Origin: Poseidonia sp.
GTDB lineage: Archaea; Thermoplasmatota; Poseidoniia; Poseidoniales; Poseidoniaceae
Length of the DNA: 64,000 nt
Assembly: GCA_049627345.1 (NCBI GenBank)
Contig: JBMZXF010000001.1
Coordinates: 85,848-149,847 of the forward strand
Direction of reading: 5' to 3'
The notes beneath the pieces are model-generated. The model did not search any database. It had not been told where the DNA came from and saw only the letters and a program-made list of their open reading frames with translations. Position 1 is the first letter of the stretch. The number at the start of each line of letters is the position of its first letter. Positions 58,277 to 64,000 of this stretch are shown in pieces. The position numbers and the translations under genes were made by a program.

Positions 58277-59266
58277 GTGGGTGTGCGCAGTGATGTTGAG
58301 ACGCTGAGTTCGGCGTTGGAATCCATGCGGGACGATGTCAATCAGGCCCTCAAGGGCCTCATTGAGTCCGAAATCGCCTCGGGGGCCGGCGAAGTTGCCG
58401 TTGAGGCGGGCCGCGTGCTGAATGCGGGTGGAAAGCGGCTGCGTCCGATTCTTTTTCTTCTCGCGTACCAACTCGCAGGCGGGCGCAACATCGAGGATGT
58501 CATGCCGCTTGCTCTGGCGTTTGAATTGATTCACACCGCCACCTTGGTTCACGATGACATCAACGATGAAGCCCAGCAGCGACGCGGCATCCCGACCATT
58601 CACGCTCAGGCCGGACAGGCCAAGGCGGTGATCGCCGGTGATTGGCTCTTTGTTCACGGGTTCGCCCTCGGTGGCCGTTACTCTGAACAAATTGTGACGG
58701 TGATTGCCCGCTGCTGTGCCAACATTGCGGTTTCCGAATTTCATCAACTTGACCACGTGCTGAATCTCGCCACCTCGCCCGAGGATTACCTGTCCATCGT
58801 GCGAGGCAAAACTGCAGGCCCGTTTGCCGCTGGGTGTTACGCGGCTGGTTTGGTAGCGGGCTTGCCCGATGAACAAGCACGAGCGCTCGAACGGTTTGGC
58901 ATGGAATTGGGCATTGCGTTCCAACTCGTGGACGACCTGCTTGACCTTCGCGGCGATGAGCGAATGGGGAAACCACGAGGTGCAGACGTGCATGAGGGGA
59001 AGATGACATTGCCACTGATTCATGCGCTGACCCTTTCGCACGGAGCGCATCGTACGCGCCTCTCCGAACTCATTGAGAATTTCAGCGATGATGACTTTGA
59101 CGAATTGATGGCTCTTCTCGAACGTTCGAGCAGCATGGACTACGCCGAAATCTTGGTCAAAACCCATCTTGAGCGTGCTCAGGAAGAACTCGAGCGGTTC
59201 TCCGACGGTCAGGCCAAAGACATGATGATGATGATCACGAACATCGTCAAAGATCGACATGCGTGA
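58277..59266 (+). CDS. Polyprenyl (geranylgeranyl or longer) diphosphate synthase
   Basis: First Asp-rich motif LVHDDINDE and second Asp-rich motif FQLVDDLLDL. 329 aa. Confidence 0.9.
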   Translation: MGVRSDVETLSSALESMRDDVNQALKGLIESEIASGAGEVAVEAGRVLNAGGKRLRPILFLLAYQLAGGRNIEDVMPLALAFELIHTATLVHDDINDEAQQRRGIPTIHAQAGQAKAVIAGDWLFVHGFALGGRYSEQIVTVIARCCANIAVSEFHQLDHVLNLATSPEDYLSIVRGKTAGPFAAGCYAAGLVAGLPDEQARALERFGMELGIAFQLVDDLLDLRGDERMGKPRGADVHEGKMTLPLIHALTLSHGAHRTRLSELIENFSDDDFDELMALLERSSSMDYAEILVKTHLERAQEELERFSDGQAKDMMMMITNIVKDRHA

Positions 59267-59275
59267 GGTGAACGC

Positions 59276-60421
59276 TTGGCCGTGAAGGATGTCGAACACC
59301 GTCAGGTCATTGTCGTGGGTGCCGGCCCTGCTGGCAGTGCGGCTGCTCAGCGGCTCGCCGAGGCTGGACTTGATGTCTTGGTCCTCGAACGGCGTTCCAT
59401 CGTTGGCAATCCCGCTCAATGCGGTGAATGCATCCCAAATTGGGGAGAAGTCATCGGTACATTCCACCACTTGGAGGACCACGATTGGCTCAAGACCTAC
59501 TTCGACTTCCCAGAGCGGCTGAGGCTTCACCGTCTCGATAACATGCGGGTGTTTTTGCCCTCAGGAAAATCCTACGATTTTGAACTGGATGCATTTGCAG
59601 GGCACCGCCTTCAATTCGACGGTTATTTGGCAGATAAGGCGGTCCGGGCAGGTGCTGAAATCCGCATGTCAACGTCGCTCAAACGTCTTCAGCAGCAACG
59701 TAAAGCAAACCGTGAGTTGTTGGTTACCAGCGAGGGTCGCTTCACCTGCGACTATCTCATCGATGCTTCGGGTAGCTTGGCTCATGTCGGTCGCCTTCGC
59801 CACGGGCAAGACCCGGCGTTCCGTCCCGACGACCAGGTGCCGACCATTTACGCACAGGTGAAAGGCGATGTGCCGGAAACGTTCGATGTCTTCCTCGGCT
59901 CTGTTGCCCCTTCGGGCTATGCGTGGATCATTCCAAAGGGTCCGAACTTTGCCAACGTTGGTTTGGGCGTACGAGCGGGGAAACTCGAAGGCGATCTCAA
60001 AGGCCATCTTGAGCGATTCTGCGCCGACCTGAACTTGGAAATCGTTTCCTTCGGCGGTGGCTGGATTCCCATGGGTGGACCCGTGAAGCAGATGGTCGAT
60101 GGGACCACGCTGGCGGTGGGCGACGCTGCCGGACTGGTCATGCCCAGCAACGGCGGTGGCATCAGCCAAGCCATCATCTCGGGTTGCTTTGCGGCTGAAT
60201 CCATCATCGACCACTTGGAGAACGGGGTGCCACTCTCGACCTACGAAGCCAAGGTCCGAGCGTCCATGGGTCCAGCCCTCAAGAATTCCCTGCGAAGCAA
60301 AAACATGGGCTATGCGTTCATGCGTGGCGATGTGTTGACCGAAGTTATCCTTCGAATTCTCGGGCCTATCGGGGGCATCAAACGTGCCATGGAATGCGAA
60401 CGGCCACTTTGGCTGATTTGA
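59276..60421 (+). CDS. Geranylgeranyl reductase family flavoprotein (digeranylgeranylglycerophospholipid reductase-like)
   Basis: FAD fold VVGAGPAGSAAAQRLAEAGLDVLVLER and GDAAGLVMPSNGGGI. The TTG start has GAGGTGA 4 nt upstream. Confidence 0.85.
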   Translation: MAVKDVEHRQVIVVGAGPAGSAAAQRLAEAGLDVLVLERRSIVGNPAQCGECIPNWGEVIGTFHHLEDHDWLKTYFDFPERLRLHRLDNMRVFLPSGKSYDFELDAFAGHRLQFDGYLADKAVRAGAEIRMSTSLKRLQQQRKANRELLVTSEGRFTCDYLIDASGSLAHVGRLRHGQDPAFRPDDQVPTIYAQVKGDVPETFDVFLGSVAPSGYAWIIPKGPNFANVGLGVRAGKLEGDLKGHLERFCADLNLEIVSFGGGWIPMGGPVKQMVDGTTLAVGDAAGLVMPSNGGGISQAIISGCFAAESIIDHLENGVPLSTYEAKVRASMGPALKNSLRSKNMGYAFMRGDVLTEVILRILGPIGGIKRAMECERPLWLI

Positions 60422-60486
60422 GGGTCTCCAATACCCCGCCAACCATCGTCCAGCCTATCGGTGTGTTCAAGTGATTTGACGCCCCC

Positions 60487-60987
60487 GTGGTCTCCATGCG
60501 AGGGGCCGTTGTTCGGGACGAGGAAGCGGTCAGCCCGGTGATTGCCACCGTGCTGCTTCTCGCCATTACGGTCATGCTCTCGAGCATGGTCTTCGTGTTG
60601 ATGCAGGGCGCATTGACCACGGTGGAGAAATCTGCCCCTCAAGCAACGGTCAGCGTGAGGGCGCTCGACAACGGTTTCCACGTTGTCCGCATCACCAGCC
60701 TTGACCAGTCCATTGACCCTGCTCGCCTCCAGTTTGACCTGTTGCCGGCCGACACGACCGAGGATTTACCGATTCGGGGCCAGGTGGCTGACGCCGATGT
60801 CTACGGGGTGGTGGGCACGAACATCTCCTTCCATGACCGAGATGCAGGTTATTCCGTCACCCAAGGTGATTATTTCGTCATCGATTCAGAAACCATCGGT
60901 GCGGATGACGGGAATTGGCGATTCCGCTTGGTCGACCAAACCTCAAGTGCGCTGATCGTGGACGTGGCGTTGCCCGCCATGGCGTGA
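60487..60987 (+). CDS. Archaeal type IV pilin-like protein (class III signal peptide, DUF1628-like)
   Basis: N-terminal MRGAVVRDEEAVSPVIATVLLLAITVMLSSMVF matches the archaeal pilin leader plus hydrophobic helix. The likely start is ATG 60496. Confidence 0.65.
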   Translation: MVSMRGAVVRDEEAVSPVIATVLLLAITVMLSSMVFVLMQGALTTVEKSAPQATVSVRALDNGFHVVRITSLDQSIDPARLQFDLLPADTTEDLPIRGQVADADVYGVVGTNISFHDRDAGYSVTQGDYFVIDSETIGADDGNWRFRLVDQTSSALIVDVALPAMA

Positions 60988-61995
60988 TCAACCACCGATG
61001 AATGACATCTCAACTTTCGGGGATGGTTCCTTTGTTGAGGTACGTTCTGCAGAATACCGGTCTTTCCGCGCTTCCCAGATGGTCTGAATCGCTTGGAGCA
61101 CCTCGTCTTCCTCCGCTTCCATTCTCAGCAGCGGTTTGAGGTCGTGCCCGCTGGAGGAGAACAAACAGGTGTACAGTGAGCCGTTGGCCGAAAGACGAGC
61201 GCGGGTGCAATCGCCGCAGAAGGGGTTGGATACGGATTCAATGAAACCAAAGCGATGACCATCCACTGTTTCGTAGGTACGTGCCACTTGGCTTGGATCT
61301 GCTGCATCAACGGGCTTCAGTTGTCCAAAACGGTCTTGGAGCAGGTTTCGAATTTCTTGACCGGTCATGACGTCATCATGTTTCCAAGCATTGGTGTTGC
61401 CGACGTCCATGAATTCAATGAACCTCAGCGGGATGTTGCGCGCTGAACACGCCTCGGCAAGCGGTACCAACTCGCCCTCATTCACGCCTTTTTGGACCAC
61501 GGTGTTGACTTTGACACCAAGACCGAGACCAAGGGCTACATCGATGCCTGCAAGGACTTCATCGGGGCCGTGATTGGTGGTGTCGGCCATCTGCTGAAAC
61601 AGGGCCTTGTCGATGGCATCCAGGCTCACGGTTACGCGGTCGAGACCGGCGTGTTGGAGGGCTGATGCGTGGCGTTTCAACAGCGCTCCGTTGGTGGTCA
61701 GGGCGAGGTCAAGATGTGGGCCTGCAGCCCTCAGCATCTCCACCAAGGTCGTGATGTCCTTGCGCAGCAACGGCTCTCCGCCCGTGAGGCGTACCTTTCG
61801 CAAGCCGGCGGACAGAAGGCTTCGGACCACCGTGGTGATCTCCTCGTAGGTGAGGAGGGCCGCCCGTTCAAGGAAGGCATGGTCGGCATCGAAATGCTCT
61901 CGAGGCATGCAGTAGGTGCAACGGAAGTTGCATCGGTCCGTGACCGAAACACGGAGGTCGTGGAGTGGCCGTTCATAGCGGTCCACGAGTCGCAT
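60988..61995 (-). CDS. moaA: GTP 3',8-cyclase MoaA (radical SAM)
   Basis: RVSVTDRCNFRCTYCMP (CxxxCxxC), LTGGEPLLR, and a C-terminal FCGDCTRARLSANG cluster. GGGTGA lies 7 nt upstream. Confidence 0.9.
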   Translation of the reverse strand: MRLVDRYERPLHDLRVSVTDRCNFRCTYCMPREHFDADHAFLERAALLTYEEITTVVRSLLSAGLRKVRLTGGEPLLRKDITTLVEMLRAAGPHLDLALTTNGALLKRHASALQHAGLDRVTVSLDAIDKALFQQMADTTNHGPDEVLAGIDVALGLGLGVKVNTVVQKGVNEGELVPLAEACSARNIPLRFIEFMDVGNTNAWKHDDVMTGQEIRNLLQDRFGQLKPVDAADPSQVARTYETVDGHRFGFIESVSNPFCGDCTRARLSANGSLYTCLFSSSGHDLKPLLRMEAEEDEVLQAIQTIWEARKDRYSAERTSTKEPSPKVEMSFIGG

Positions 61996-62050
61996 GGTTC
62001 GTTCACCCTTCCCGGGTTCTTGAACCTGTATTACAAGGGTTCATGGCTGG

Positions 62051-63490
62051 GTGAACCTACGACAGAGCATGGCTCGAGCGTGGGTGAAGCGCTGGTCGCC
62101 CCATCGCAACGGAGGCAAAGGAAGCCTCGTTCCGGCGCTCATCATCACGCCAGAATCATCTATAGAGTCAATGACTTGGAACTTGCCACCCTCAAAGAGT
62201 CACGCCATACGCTGGCTCGCATTGGCGGCTCAATCCAACCAATCGCTCCGCCTTGAAAACATGGGTGCAGCCGGTCAAGACATCATTTCCATGCGCCGTT
62301 GCTTGCGACAACTTGGCGTCCGCATCACCGACCTCGATGCGTCAGGTCATCCAATCCCCGTCGAGTCAAACCACGACGATCAGCCTCCAGCGGGTACAGC
62401 CTCGTGGATCGTTGAAGGCGCAGGCCCACACGGCCTGCGTGCCCCTGTGAGCGTCCTTCACGCTGGAAATTCAGGCACAGCCTTGCGTATTTTGATGGCC
62501 ATGTGCGCTCGCTTTGATGTCCCCATCATGGTTGACGGTGATGCCTCTCTCCGTTCCCGGAACCATGACGTGATGGTCGCGGCGTTGGAAGCGCTTGGCG
62601 TCACCGTCTCGCGTGGTGTTGGCGTTGAGGGTCTCCCGCTTCTCCTTCAGGGCCCTTGGAAACCCACGGAGGAACTCTCCCTCGATGTCTCGACCTCAAG
62701 CCAACCCACCACGGCGTTTTGCCTGGCCGCCCCTGCCTTGACCTTTGACGTGAAGGTTGAGGCTGTCGGTGATGGCGTTTCGCTTCGCCACAGCGAGTTG
62801 AGCAAAGACCTGTGCGTGCAGACCGGCGCCGACGAGGCGCTTCGTGACGGCACCCTCCAACCGTGGACGCCGACCTTCAAGGAATCAAGCGTGAGGATAC
62901 CACCGGACGCATCGATGCTTGCTTTCGCCTGCTTGGCTGCCAAAGTTTGTCGGATCTCCGTCCACGTTGAGGACCTGCCAACCACCAAAGAATCGCTGGG
63001 CCACGATGTATTGATGGCTCACCTCGGGGACTTGGGCTTGAAGGTGGAAGGCAGCACCTTCAGCGGCTGCGATGAATCCGCACCGGCTTCATTGGATTTG
63101 AAGCACGGAAACGATCTCATTACCCCAGTTGCAGCGCTGTTGGCGTTGGGCGCTGGTGGAACCATCATCGGTGCCGAACACGCTGCCTTCAAGGAAACCG
63201 ACCGGACCAACGGGACGGTGGCTTTGCTGGCTCAATTTGGGTTGAAGTCCACGTTCGAGAACGGGCGCCTCATCGTACCAGGCGGCCAAACCATTGTCGG
63301 TCCAAAGGGCCTCGTGGAAACGTACGGCGACCACCGAATGCACATGACGGCGTTGGTGCTGGCCATGGGGTCCTCAACTCCCGTGCTCATCGAAGGTGAT
63401 TCGCTGCATGAGGTGGCCGACCCCGAGGCCATCGCACGTTGGGAAGCGGTTGGTGTCGTCGTTGAGCGTGTGCTGCACGAACCGTGGTAG
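62051..63490 (+). CDS. aroA: 3-phosphoshikimate 1-carboxyvinyltransferase (EPSP synthase)
   Basis: LPPSKSHAIRWLALAA, LHAGNSGTALRIL and GDHRMHMTALVLAM. The start is either GTG 62051 or ATG 62069. Confidence 0.85.
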   Translation: MNLRQSMARAWVKRWSPHRNGGKGSLVPALIITPESSIESMTWNLPPSKSHAIRWLALAAQSNQSLRLENMGAAGQDIISMRRCLRQLGVRITDLDASGHPIPVESNHDDQPPAGTASWIVEGAGPHGLRAPVSVLHAGNSGTALRILMAMCARFDVPIMVDGDASLRSRNHDVMVAALEALGVTVSRGVGVEGLPLLLQGPWKPTEELSLDVSTSSQPTTAFCLAAPALTFDVKVEAVGDGVSLRHSELSKDLCVQTGADEALRDGTLQPWTPTFKESSVRIPPDASMLAFACLAAKVCRISVHVEDLPTTKESLGHDVLMAHLGDLGLKVEGSTFSGCDESAPASLDLKHGNDLITPVAALLALGAGGTIIGAEHAAFKETDRTNGTVALLAQFGLKSTFENGRLIVPGGQTIVGPKGLVETYGDHRMHMTALVLAMGSSTPVLIEGDSLHEVADPEAIARWEAVGVVVERVLHEPW

Positions 63491-63491
63491 G

Positions 63492-64000
63492 TCAACCGTG
63501 GCGGCCGAAATGGTGGTCGAGGCTGTCGATGGAGATGCGAAGTGAAGTTGGGCGACCATGCACGCATGCCCACGGGTTCGGAATTCGTCTCATGTCATCG
63601 AGCAAGCGTCGCATCTCGGGGAGGGTGAGCGGTTCGTTGGCCTTGACTGCTCCTCGGCAGGCGTTCATGAACGCGATGTGATCTTTCTTGGCTTCGAGGG
63701 TTTCCAGCGGACCACCGTCCAGGGCTAAGTCCTGAAGAAGGTCGAGAAAGAACGAGCGTACTTCCTCGCCGTTCAGCAGCTGCGGCGAAGCCGTCATGGT
63801 CCATGCCCCGTTGTCGTTGCTGAGATGGAATCCGAGTTCATTCAATCGAGCGTGGTGTGCATCAACCAGGGCGGATTGACGTGCATCCAGGTCGAGGTCA
63901 AGAGGAGCGAGGCGGGTTTGTGGCTCCCATGCTTGGCCCCGATGACGGAGTCGCTCGTAGCGCACGCGCTCGTGAAGGGCGTGCTGGTCAATGAGCAGCA
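63492..64000 (-). CDS. mutL: DNA mismatch repair protein MutL, C-terminal part (5' end outside the window)
   Basis: The frame stays open to the window edge and reads LIDQHALHERVRYE (the MutL C-terminal-domain DQHAxHER motif). Further downstream is ACRGAVKANEPL...WACVHGRPT. Confidence 0.8.
   Translation of the reverse strand, partial: LLIDQHALHERVRYERLRHRGQAWEPQTRLAPLDLDLDARQSALVDAHHARLNELGFHLSNDNGAWTMTASPQLLNGEEVRSFFLDLLQDLALDGGPLETLEAKKDHIAFMNACRGAVKANEPLTLPEMRRLLDDMRRIPNPWACVHGRPTSLRISIDSLDHHFGRHG

Noticed and set aside
58235-59530. 431-aa ORF antisense to the polyprenyl synthase gene, plus the 359-aa ORF (57179-58258) antisense to the HemC-like gene
   Set aside because: The synthase has both DDxxD motifs on the plus strand. 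The antisense frames lack motifs and Shine-Dalgarno elements.

Overview
This is a densely coding, roughly 58% GC archaeal chromosome segment. The gene content suggests a marine Thermoplasmatota or Poseidoniales-like (MGII/III) euryarchaeon: class II HMG-CoA reductase, DNA gyrase, acyl-CoA dehydrogenase and many large surface peptidases. That placement is inference only. I support about 54 protein-coding genes. Housekeeping and information-processing genes: smc (3' part)-scpA-scpB, hmgA, eIF2-gamma with a PIN protein, S6e, orc1/cdc6, dph2, gyrB-gyrA, hel308, cgi121-like, tldD-pmbA, RPA plus RPA-associated protein, mutL (partial). Metabolic genes: aroD, aroA, moaA, a GGPP synthase plus geranylgeranyl reductase pair, and an IPMS-family enzyme. 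There is a peptidase-rich block (M61, M28, a 1400-aa PKD-repeat metalloprotease) and several uncharacterised operons. I found no rRNA, tRNA, CRISPR array, transposase or integrase. Many starts are preceded by a GAGGTGA-like Shine-Dalgarno, which I used to trim over-long ORF-track calls. Regions most worth a second look: (1) an 11-bp-phased array of GCGTTAA / TAACGCGTTA palindromic motifs in the divergent hmgA intergenic region, next to an atypical ATPase-wHTH / beta-propeller / DUF357-like operon; (2) a minimal type IV filament assembly module with a split platform protein and no adjacent pilin; (3) a porphobilinogen-deaminase-like protein lacking the cofactor cysteine, next to a triple-SAP-motif protein; (4) a thymidylate-kinase fusion; (5) a bacterial-type class II CCA/poly(A) nucleotidyltransferase head-to-head with a ParB-like protein. 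All family assignments come from motif recognition by eye, not database searches.
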